Part shown: piece by piece, positions 1 to 6,587 of the stretch
Layout of the letters: each line of letters begins with the position of its first letter
How positions within the stretch are numbered: position 1 is the stretch's first letter
IMG/VR virus record: IMGVR_UViG_3300004369_000007
Direction: 5' to 3' (one strand)
Origin: an uncultured virus (IMG/VR IMGVR_UViG_3300004369_000007)
Lineage: Duplodnaviria > Heunggongvirae > Uroviricota > Caudoviricetes
Length of the DNA: 20,000 bases
Made by a program: the position numbers and the translations under genes
The notes under the pieces: model-generated
Database searches by the model: none
The model's input: the letters and a program-made list of their open reading frames with translations, nothing else
What the model was told of the DNA's origin: nothing

Positions 1-508
1 TGTGTTGGGTCTGCGTCTTACAAAGAGTAAGGATAGCAGGAATAGATTGAATTGCGATATTCTCTTCACGGTCAGAATTAAAGTTGATATTGTATTCGTC
101 AATCAAACCGAGAATTGCATTTCTGTCAGTTGGTGAAATTAAACTACCCTTGACAAGCGAAACCAATTGCTTAAGTGGTGGGATATGGTAATCAGCACCG
201 AGTAATTCCTTGATAATGTTGTTAAGTTTGAAATTATTCACACGGGTTGTAACTCCCGCAGCACGAATAGCAGCAAAGCCGAAAGCGTGGAAAGTTTTTG
301 CTTCAACATCTGCTGGAAGTCGTTCAGCCAATTCAGTAGCAATAGACTTGTTGAAAGCCAAGAAAGCGGCTTTCTGCCCATTAATACGATTTGCTGCTTC
401 AACAATAGTCGTAGTTTTCCCTGTTCCTGCACCTGCATTGATAATTAGGTGGTTCTCCGTATTTTCTATGCAATCAAAGATTGCTGTTTGTTCTTCTGTA
501 TGTTTCAT
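1..508 (-). CDS. UvrD/Rep/PcrA-like superfamily 1 DNA helicase, N-terminal part (runs off window start)
   Basis: Manual translation from ATG at 508: MKHTEEQTAIFDCIENTENHLIINAGAGTGKTTTIVEAANRINGQKAAFLAFNKSIATELAERLPADVEAKTFHAFGF... It shows a Q-motif (TEEQ), Walker A (AGAGTGKT), motif Ia (LAFNKSIATEL) and TFHAFG, all typical of UvrD-family helicases. RBS GAGGT upstream. Not in the ORF track because it is truncated. Confidence 0.9.
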   Translation of the reverse strand, partial: MKHTEEQTAIFDCIENTENHLIINAGAGTGKTTTIVEAANRINGQKAAFLAFNKSIATELAERLPADVEAKTFHAFGFAAIRAAGVTTRVNNFKLNNIIKELLGADYHIPPLKQLVSLVKGSLISPTDRNAILGLIDEYNINFNSDREENIAIQSIPAILTLCKTQTQH

Positions 509-518
509 TTTTATTACC

Positions 519-707
519 TCAGTTATTCACGAAAAAATCAATAAAATCCCCTTGCTTAAACAGTTCAGGTATTTCAATTTCTTGAGAAATCATCCAATCG
601 TGATACACTTTACGCATCATTATTAGCGATTCTATTTGTTTATTTCGTTCTTGTTGCTTGGTGTGTTCAATTAGTGAATCCACCATTTCTTTTTCTTCTT
701 TGTTCAT
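519..707 (-). CDS. hypothetical protein (62 aa)
   Basis: ORF with GGAGGTAATAAAATG start context, nearly identical to that of the helicase. Its stop overlaps the helicase RBS. Confidence 0.75.
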   Translation of the reverse strand: MNKEEKEMVDSLIEHTKQQERNKQIESLIMMRKVYHDWMISQEIEIPELFKQGDFIDFFVNN

Positions 708-820
708 TTTATTACCTCCTTAAAATTAGTGAATAGGTGGGGAAGGGAACAATACCGATTACTCGGCATTTTACTTCTTAGTAGCCCCTTTGTTCAACCT
801 TCCCCATGTAAAATTGAAAG

Positions 821-904
821 TGCTGAGAGCAGGATTTGAACCTGCGAACCGTTTAGGACAGGAGTTTAAGCCCTGCGCTTTTAACCAAACTCAGCCATCT
901 CAGC
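821..904 (-). tRNA. tRNA-Leu (anticodon TAA), CCA not encoded
   Basis: The reverse complement folds as a cloverleaf: acceptor GCTGAGA/TCTCAGC plus discriminator A, D-loop with GG, anticodon arm CAGGG-CTTAAAC-TCCTG, long variable arm, T arm GCAGG-TTCAAAT-CCTGC. Confidence 0.93.
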
Positions 905-1042
905 ATTTGTATTTGTTCAATCAAAGCCACACCAATTTCAATTTACAAAAGTGAAACTGGGTCGTTTGCGACTGTTGAAAGACAACCCCACCCTCGGAGG
1001 GCGTATAAGGTTCGGCGCAGGGGGTTGCTCAAGCGAATAGAC

Positions 1043-1300
1043 CTAAAACCCTGCGTTTTGATAAAAAAAGTATAAAAGCCACAGGCTAACGCCTATAACA
1101 ACAGTTCCCCAAAATAACTTCAAACGAACATTATTCGGAGGATTGCACTTTGGGTTTAAACAATAATGACTAGTTGAAATAACTCCGTGATGCACATAAG
1201 ACTCAAGAAGATGATTACTGTCTTTTGGAATATCAGTTCCGCAAGATTGACAGATTAAATCCTCTTTGGCCTTAACATACACTTCTTCTACTAAACGCAT
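1043..1300 (-). CDS. small Zn-finger-like protein with C-terminal transmembrane helix
   Basis: CQSC ... HYCLNPKC, then hydrophobic LFWGTVVIGVSLWLLYFFY. GGTGA RBS upstream. Confidence 0.75.
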   Translation of the reverse strand: MRLVEEVYVKAKEDLICQSCGTDIPKDSNHLLESYVHHGVISTSHYCLNPKCNPPNNVRLKLFWGTVVIGVSLWLLYFFYQNAGF

Positions 1301-1316
1301 TTAATCACCCAAAGGC

Positions 1317-1352
1317 GGGGGAGAGCCTTGAGGTATCATAAGGCTCTCCCCC
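1317..1352. terminator. perfect 13-bp inverted repeat hairpin (followed by a second hairpin at about 1362-1395)
   Basis: GGGGGAGAGCCTT (1317-1329) / AAGGCTCTCCCCC (1340-1352), located between two minus-strand genes. Confidence 0.5.
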
Positions 1353-1444
1353 ATTGGAAAAGGGGAGAATAGGAGGCCTTAGCCCCCTATTCCCCGTTGT
1401 TCAGGTCAATGACCTGTAATGGTGCTGGATTGAAGTTTAAAACT

Positions 1445-1918
1445 TCAAAGTTCGTCCGATTCGCCTAAAAGGGAATCAACCGAACCATCCCAAGAACCGT
1501 CCTTGAACATATTGCTCAAGTTTGTTCGGGTTCTCTTGACAACAGCAGAAGCGTAATCTTCTGCGCCATCAAAGGCTCCACCGCCAGATTTGATGTGCTT
1601 CATCGTAATTGCACCGATAATAGCGTCGTGGTTGTAGTAAGCAATAGATGCTTCTTCAACAACGCCACAAATTCGGTCAATAGCGACACGAACAGATGCA
1701 GGAACTGCGCTCTTTTGGCCACGGCGGAACGGGGTTCCATCACGGCCACGCAAAAGGGCTTTCAAAGCACCTTCGGCGGCAGTTCGCTCATCAGGGTTGT
1801 TCGTCCCGATTTGCAGGTTCAATTCAACAACTTGGCGCAATCCTGCGTCAAGCGTCTGGTCGGCTTCAAGGTATTCGTTCACTTCAATGACAAGTGAATC
1901 CCATGTGGTGTTATCCAT
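1445..1918 (-). CDS. hypothetical protein, distant member of the 4097/5198 paralog family
   Basis: 157 aa ORF with GAGGA RBS. Shares the N-terminal W, L-x-L-x-x-G, RRG, H-x-x-x-GG and terminal WDG pattern with the two paralogs. Confidence 0.85.
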   Translation of the reverse strand: MDNTTWDSLVIEVNEYLEADQTLDAGLRQVVELNLQIGTNNPDERTAAEGALKALLRGRDGTPFRRGQKSAVPASVRVAIDRICGVVEEASIAYYNHDAIIGAITMKHIKSGGGAFDGAEDYASAVVKRTRTNLSNMFKDGSWDGSVDSLLGESDEL

Positions 1919-2170
1919 ATTATCTACTTCCTCCCCTTTGCGGGGTTGTTTTCAATAGTTGTCTTGAGGTATATAAAGGAGTCCAGAAATGCCTCCGAAT
2001 GCCCTCCCTTGAGGGAATTACTAACCTTTTCTTAAGACCTGCGGTGTTCCATAGCACCTTTTTTCACTTCTGTTTTTTAACTGAAATGATAAGTAATTCG
2101 TTTTGTTGAATCAAATAGATTTTATTTACAACAATAGTTTGCCCATTGAAATAACTTTGATGGCCTTGTG

Positions 2171-2476
2171 CATGAGACTGTCTCGCTTGTTGTCTCAATG
2201 TGAGACGGTGAGGTTATGCAACACAACCCCTTAGAACCTTGCGGAAACCCGTAAAAATAAGTTGTCTCATCTCGTCTCATCAAAAAAGGGATATATTTCT
2301 CTCTCTTTACCCCATAGAATATAAGGGGTTATGTAAGAGAAGAAGAAGAAGATAGATAGATAGATGAGATAGATGAGATAATGAGAAATATATAATAAAT
2401 CTATACTTATGTTGCATAACCTTGATGATTCTTTCATGTCTTGTCTCGTCTCATACCCTCCCGACCATGAGACAAC
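2171..2476. repeat. cluster of GAGAC/GTCTC motifs around a purine-rich low-complexity tract; candidate origin or terminal element
   Basis: Nine GAGAC/GTCTC copies (2174, 2180, 2192, 2202, 2264, 2274, 2443, 2448, 2469). GTTGTCTCA occurs at 2189 and 2261 and inverted at 2468. An AGA/GATA tract spans about 2336-2386, followed by AT-rich 2480-2540. Confidence 0.55.
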
Positions 2477-2683
2477 CACTTTAGTTTAGTATAATACTAA
2501 TATTGAATATTAGAATATGAATATGAATTAATATAACTACAATTGAGGAACACCCTGTCAAATCTGACGGATTTTTGGGGGCTGAAAATTATCCCTATTT
2601 CAGTTGCATTGACTATGGCTAAATAAGGAGATTCTTCTTTCTTTGATGTTTTCAAAACCATATGGTCATGCTTTGTTTTTTGA

Positions 2684-2693
2684 CCCCGAAGGG
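2684..2693 (-). terminator. short UUCG tetraloop hairpin after gene 2697-2939
   Basis: The minus strand reads CCC-TTCG-GGG immediately after the stop codon. Confidence 0.45.
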
Positions 2694-2696
2694 CGG

Positions 2697-2939
2697 CTAA
2701 GCCATATCATCTTGGATTTTGGATAATATCGTGTTCATCATATCCATCATCGCTTGATGAGTCATAATCTCAGCAAATCCAGCCCATGACTGTTCAAAGG
2801 TGATAATAGCAATCATAGCATGAGGTTCGTCAAAATAATGCATATCGGTGTTAATGGCTTCGTAAAATTGGTCTGCAATAAAAGGCTTAAGGACTTTAGG
2901 AAAGGTTTCGCATAGTAGGTTCACAATCTCTCTTGACAT
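2697..2939 (-). CDS. hypothetical protein (80 aa, MSREIVNLLC...)
   Basis: The ORF track starts at 2990, inside the palindrome. ATG at 2939 is preferred because it lies about 26 nt below a TATA-like box (ATACCCTAAAC on minus, 2964-2974). Confidence 0.7.
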   Translation of the reverse strand: MSREIVNLLCETFPKVLKPFIADQFYEAINTDMHYFDEPHAMIAIITFEQSWAGFAEIMTHQAMMDMMNTILSKIQDDMA

Positions 2940-3010
2940 GGTTCTAACATAGAATATCTTATTGTTTAGGGTATTACAAAGCATTACCATATGGTCGTAA
3001 CTTTGAGTAA

Positions 3011-3024
3011 CGGCCCGAAGGCCG
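3011..3024 (-). terminator. UUCG tetraloop hairpin after gene 3028-3153
   Basis: The minus strand reads CGGCC-TTCG-GGCCG. Confidence 0.6.
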
Positions 3025-3027
3025 CCA

Positions 3028-3153
3028 TTAACGGCAATCGGGGCAAATCCAAACTATTCGCAATTCCTTAACCCAAGTATCATTTCCATATTGGTCGTAA
3101 AAACAAACCGTTCCGTCAGCATTACATTCTTCACAATACATTGTTTCTTCCAT
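3028..3153 (-). CDS. 41-aa zinc-ribbon microprotein
   Basis: Manual translation: MEETMYCEECNADGTVCFYDQYGNDTWVKELRIVWICPDCR*. It has two CxxC pairs, fills the interval between sites 2986 and 3201, and is followed by a UUCG hairpin. Confidence 0.75.
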   Translation of the reverse strand: MEETMYCEECNADGTVCFYDQYGNDTWVKELRIVWICPDCR

Positions 3154-3261
3154 GCTTAACCTAAAAATGTGCATATTCATTGAGGTATTACCAAAGCACT
3201 ACCATATGGTTGATGATTGCTTTGCATATTAACAACCTTATCTGTTATTCAATGGGTTTTA

Positions 3262-3590
3262 TTGCTTCGGGGGTCTTGCCCTCGGAGGGGATTCATATTC
3301 CCTTGGTTGATTGGCCATATACACCAATCGGAAACAAAGCCGAAACACAGAGCAGTAAAGCGAGAAAGTAACAAGTAATCATTTATTGGCGCGCCAATTC
3401 TTGATGAAGGAACAAAGTATCGGTGTGAGTCTCATATGCATGGAGTAGGCGGCGTTTCTCATATTCACATTAAACCCCCCGTTTGAGAGCAACTGATGTA
3501 GGTAACGGCTAAGGTTTAGAGAGCCATAAACGGACATATAGCATACGAAAAAGATTTACTGCTTTCCCTGTCCGTTTATGGCTCGCCCAT
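3262..3590 (+). ncRNA. putative structured non-coding RNA (boundaries approximate)
   Basis: Unit between sites 3201 and 3629, with the AACCTTAT promoter motif (3234) but no convincing ORF. It has several stems, including a perfect 16-bp inverted repeat (3521-3536/3569-3584). Confidence 0.4.
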
Positions 3591-3656
3591 TTAGATAAGG
3601 TAATGATTAAGTGCAAAGCATAATCATTACCATATGGTCATGCTTTGTCTTTAATT

Positions 3657-3668
3657 GGCCCGAAGGCC
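3657..3668 (-). terminator. UUCG tetraloop hairpin after gene 3672-3920
   Basis: The minus strand reads GGCC-TTCG-GGCC three nt after the stop. Confidence 0.55.
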
Positions 3669-3671
3669 GTT

Positions 3672-3920
3672 TTACCGCTTAACGCGGCCATTTGTGATGT
3701 CGTCAATGAATTGCATGATTTTCGGGATGACAGCCTCCAATTCCGAGCCACCCTTAATGGAGAAATTGACTCGGTAGAAATCCGTATTCATTCGGCAATA
3801 AAGCCCCGTGTCCCTAATAAAGCCGTAAATCTCACCCATGTAGTTAATAGCCTCCGAACAGGTTTTAATGTTGATGCTGGCGATTCCAGTAATCAAATTG
3901 CGCGTATAACTTGCTTTCAT
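3672..3920 (-). CDS. hypothetical protein (82 aa)
   Basis: Fills the interval between sites 3629 and 3980. AACCCTATAG box (minus, 3942-3951) lies about 23 nt upstream of the ATG, and a hairpin follows the stop. Confidence 0.75.
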   Translation of the reverse strand: MKASYTRNLITGIASINIKTCSEAINYMGEIYGFIRDTGLYCRMNTDFYRVNFSIKGGSELEAVIPKIMQFIDDITNGRVKR

Positions 3921-4012
3921 GCCTTATACATGGATAAGAGGCTATAGGGTTGCATCTCCATTGAGAAACAAAGTATGCAACCATATGGTTGATTATCGCT
4001 TTGCGTGGAATC

Positions 4013-4022
4013 AACCTTATAC
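4013..4022 (+). promoter_or_regulatory. AACC(T/C)TATA TATA-like promoter motif (representative copy)
   Basis: Copies on plus at 3234, 4013, 4705 and 5117, and on minus at 3942-3951 and 1002-1012. Each is oriented toward the downstream gene or RNA. Confidence 0.6.
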
Positions 4023-4096
4023 GCTATTGCGTGGGTTAGGTTGCTTCAAGGGGGGAAAAACACTTGAAGACACTTTTACAAACGAGGTGAAAAAAC

Positions 4097-4621
4097 ATGA
4101 AGATGAAAAATTGGACATTGAACACGAACAAGGTTCGGGCGTGGGCTGAAAATCAACCCAAATCCGACAATTTGAACGCTGTGTTGCTATCGCTCACTTT
4201 GGGCGACAATGCGGCTTCGGACGAACTTAGAAGCACCTATTGGACGGCTATTCGTTCAATTGGCTCCACTATGGAGGGTTTTCCTGCGGCACGACGAGGG
4301 CGGGAATCAACGCTTTCGGAGGAACAAGAACTTGTTTTGGCGACTGTGGAGGAAAGCGTGGCTCATGCTATTGCTCAAATCCCTACTGACTATCAAAGCA
4401 TGATTCTTTCCGTTATCGTGCCTCATGGACGAACTGGTGGCGTTTATGAGACTTTTGGCGATTTGGTGGATTCTTTCCGTTCAAAGGCTCATTCCTACAT
4501 GGTTAAGGCCATTAAGGAAGACCGTTGGGATGGACTATCCGTTGATGACAACGGAGTTCCCCAAATCACGCCACCACCCGTTAATTCGGGTGATTCGGAA
4601 GGAGGTTCCGAGGAAGAGTAA
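4097..4621 (+). CDS. hypothetical protein, paralog 1 (174 aa, acidic tail)
   Basis: GAGGTGA RBS. Shares LRSTYWTAIRSIGS, ARRGRES, PHGRTGG and RWDG with 5198-5701. Confidence 0.9.
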   Translation: MKMKNWTLNTNKVRAWAENQPKSDNLNAVLLSLTLGDNAASDELRSTYWTAIRSIGSTMEGFPAARRGRESTLSEEQELVLATVEESVAHAIAQIPTDYQSMILSVIVPHGRTGGVYETFGDLVDSFRSKAHSYMVKAIKEDRWDGLSVDDNGVPQITPPPVNSGDSEGGSEEE

Positions 4622-4645
4622 GTCTGCAAGGTTTTCCCCCCTTGT

Positions 4646-4663
4646 GGCCCCTTTCGGGGGGTT
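4646..4663 (+). terminator. UUCG tetraloop hairpin after gene 4097-4621
   Basis: GGCCCCT-TTCG-GGGGGTT. Confidence 0.55.
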
Positions 4664-4735
4664 AATGCAAAGCCTAACCATATGGTTGCATACTTTGGTA
4701 ATAAAACCCTATATTTGCCTATTAAGGGGTTAATC

Positions 4736-4957
4736 ATGTTCCAAAGAAGGCACTACCAAAAGATGGCTGAAACCCTTGCAACCGTTCATAACATTGACAA
4801 TATGCCCATAGAGGCGGTTAGTGTTATGTTTTCTCGTGATAATCCCAATTTTAGCGAGGAACGGTTCTTTGAGGCTTTTCGCAAGGAATATGAATGGGTA
4901 TGGGGAGAAACCTATCCATTTGCCCTTAGAGGCCGCTATGAGCGTTTAAACGCTTGA
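4736..4957 (+). CDS. small hypothetical viral protein (73 aa, MFQRRHYQKMA...DNPNFSEERF)
   Basis: ATG lies about 23 nt below AACCCTATAT (4705). The R..Y...A / F..DNP.F...RF pattern resembles a small phage protein family as I recall it (not verified). Confidence 0.75.
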   Translation: MFQRRHYQKMAETLATVHNIDNMPIEAVSVMFSRDNPNFSEERFFEAFRKEYEWVWGETYPFALRGRYERLNA

Positions 4958-5197
4958 ATAAACAACTGGCGAGTGGGTTTTGATTGTTTCCCACAGGTAA
5001 TGGAGCGTCGGACAGGGTTAAAGTCCAAATAGCCGAAAAATAAAACAATCCCCGTTGGGTATTAACAAAGCATTACCATATGGTTGTTTTTCGCTTTGCG
5101 AGTGTAACATAAAAACAACCTTATAGGTTATTGTGAGGTTGAGGTTGCTTCGGGGGGAAAACGGAGCATCAAAACCTTTATTGGAGGATTGATTACC

Positions 5198-5701
5198 ATG
5201 AATGCAACAAATTGGATAAAGAACACAAACGCCGTTCAAGCGTGGCTTGAGCGTGAAGATAGGGGAGATGTCGGTAATGCGATTTCTCTTTCTATTACCC
5301 TTGGAAATGCGACGGATAGCGATGATTTGCGCTCCACCTATTGGACAGCAATTCGCTCAATTGGAAGTCCTTATGACGATTTCCCAGTCGCCCGCCGAGG
5401 CCGAGAATCATCTTTGCCCGAAGAAGTAGAGTTGTCTGCGACTTCTGTGAAGAATGCGGTCATTACTGCCTTTGCGGGTATTTCTAACGCTGACTTGATT
5501 ACTACCGTTATTCTCCCTCACGGGCGAACAGGCGGAGCATTTGAGAACATTGAGGCACTTGCCGAGGCTATGGGCAAAAAGGCCTATGATGCTCTCGTTA
5601 AGGGCTATAAGGAAGGTCGTTGGGATGGAACCATGAACGGTGAAATCCCAGCATTGACCCCACCTGCGGCTAAAGACGAAGGAGGTCAAGAAGAGGAATG
5701 A
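5198..5701 (+). CDS. hypothetical protein, paralog 2 (167 aa, acidic tail)
   Basis: GGAGGA RBS before ATG 5198. Clear paralog of 4097-4621. Confidence 0.9.
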   Translation: MNATNWIKNTNAVQAWLEREDRGDVGNAISLSITLGNATDSDDLRSTYWTAIRSIGSPYDDFPVARRGRESSLPEEVELSATSVKNAVITAFAGISNADLITTVILPHGRTGGAFENIEALAEAMGKKAYDALVKGYKEGRWDGTMNGEIPALTPPAAKDEGGQEEE

Positions 5702-5720
5702 TGTTCCCAATTCCCCCCGT

Positions 5721-5740
5721 AGCCCCACTTCGGTGGGGTT
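5721..5740 (+). terminator. UUCG tetraloop hairpin after gene 5198-5701
   Basis: AGCCCCAC-TTCG-GTGGGGTT. Confidence 0.6.
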
Positions 5741-6109
5741 CCGTTAAATAACTGGCAAAGCCAACCATATGGTGTTGAAGTTTTTAATAACTACTATTTA
5801 GAGATAATAGAGTTATGATTATATTCGTCATAAAAGAGCGTAAACAAACATTTTGTAGTTACCAATAGCGTTCTATAGAGAACTGTTAAGGAAGATGAGA
5901 ATAAAACAATAGATGAAAATGGTAGTTATTAACAACTTTTCACGCATTCATAATCTACAACCATATGGCTTTGTTTCAAAATTTTTTATTTATGTAGAGT
6001 TAAATGAAATCGCTCTAAAGGGCCTATTTTAAAGCATTAACTTTAAATAAAGCAAGGTTAAAGCCGCCAGTATTATAGGCTATGGCTTCCTCCCATAACA
6101 TGATACTGT

Positions 6110-6352
6110 ATGTCTGCTGAACAAGAGGCTATTTCTCATTTAAATGAGATATTCACCATTATCAAAGAAACCCTTGAAGAAGCAAAGGAAAACAGAAAAT
6201 TTGCACGAGAATTGTCAAATAATGAGGAAAGAGCACTTACTGAAATAACAAATAAATTAAAACAAGTTCGCTCAAATTTAGACAAATACTTAAAATCATT
6301 CCGTGTGCAAACTACATTAACTCAATTTGGCGTTGGAAATACTGAACAATAA
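6110..6352 (+). CDS. small helical protein with C-terminal PIP-box-like motif
   Basis: 80 aa, coiled-coil-like. Ends ...RVQTTLTQFGVGNTEQ (QxxLxxF). Confidence 0.75.
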   Translation: MSAEQEAISHLNEIFTIIKETLEEAKENRKFARELSNNEERALTEITNKLKQVRSNLDKYLKSFRVQTTLTQFGVGNTEQ

Positions 6353-6435
6353 ACAATATTATTAACATAATTAATTTAATTATTATTATTCGCATTTTTA
6401 TAACAACATCTTTACACGGCGGCCAAATTGATTAT

Positions 6436-6491
6436 CTTTAAACGAACAACTTTAAATGAATAACTTTAAATGAACAAATTTAAATGAATAA
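6436..6491. repeat. 4 x 14-bp tandem repeat (C/A)TTTAAA(C/T)GAA(C/T)AA
   Basis: CTTTAAACGAACAA, CTTTAAATGAATAA, CTTTAAATGAACAA, ATTTAAATGAATAA in an AT-rich intergenic region. Confidence 0.85.
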
Positions 6492-6587
6492 ATTTTTATC
6501 CTGTTTATACAATTCATAAAATTTAAATGAGAACGCAAGTGCCGAAAAAATTCCGAGTCATTTTTTGAGAAAATTAAGGTGATTAAC

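Larger units (their letters stand above)
2657..5973. repeat. array of nine palindromic ACCATATGGT sites with CAAAG...CTTTG arms, delimiting single-gene units
   Basis: Exact 10-mer at 2657, 2986, 3201, 3629, 3980, 4677, 5075 and 5764, plus ACCATATGGC at 5960. All lie outside the genes as called here. Confidence 0.92.

Noticed and set aside
210..626. 138-aa plus-strand ORF (and 238-438 minus)
   Set aside because: Antisense or out-of-frame shadows of the helicase gene, which has clear motifs.
2267..2479. 70-aa minus-strand ORF
   Set aside because: Arises from the low-complexity GATA/AGA tract (Y/L/I/F runs), with no expression signals.
3085..3095. TCCATATTGGT, a near-copy of the palindrome
   Set aside because: Imperfect, lacks the arms, and lies inside the 41-aa Zn-ribbon ORF.
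3180..3371. 63-aa ORF in the putative ncRNA unit
   Set aside because: TTG start upstream of the palindrome, runs through the site and promoter, no RBS.
3400..3552. Hammerhead ribozyme core (TGATGA / CTGATG ... GAAA)
   Set aside because: No exact CUGANGA with properly arranged flanking stems could be built.
3645..5728. Alternative overlapping ORFs (3645+, 3919+, 4209+, 4425+, 4495-, 5018-, 5247+, 5408-)
   Set aside because: They overlap better-supported genes or cross the palindromic sites and hairpins.
2657..5973. CRISPR array interpretation of the ACCATATGGT repeats
   Set aside because: The conserved core is only 10 bp, the intervals are 196-697 bp and contain genes, and no cas genes are visible.
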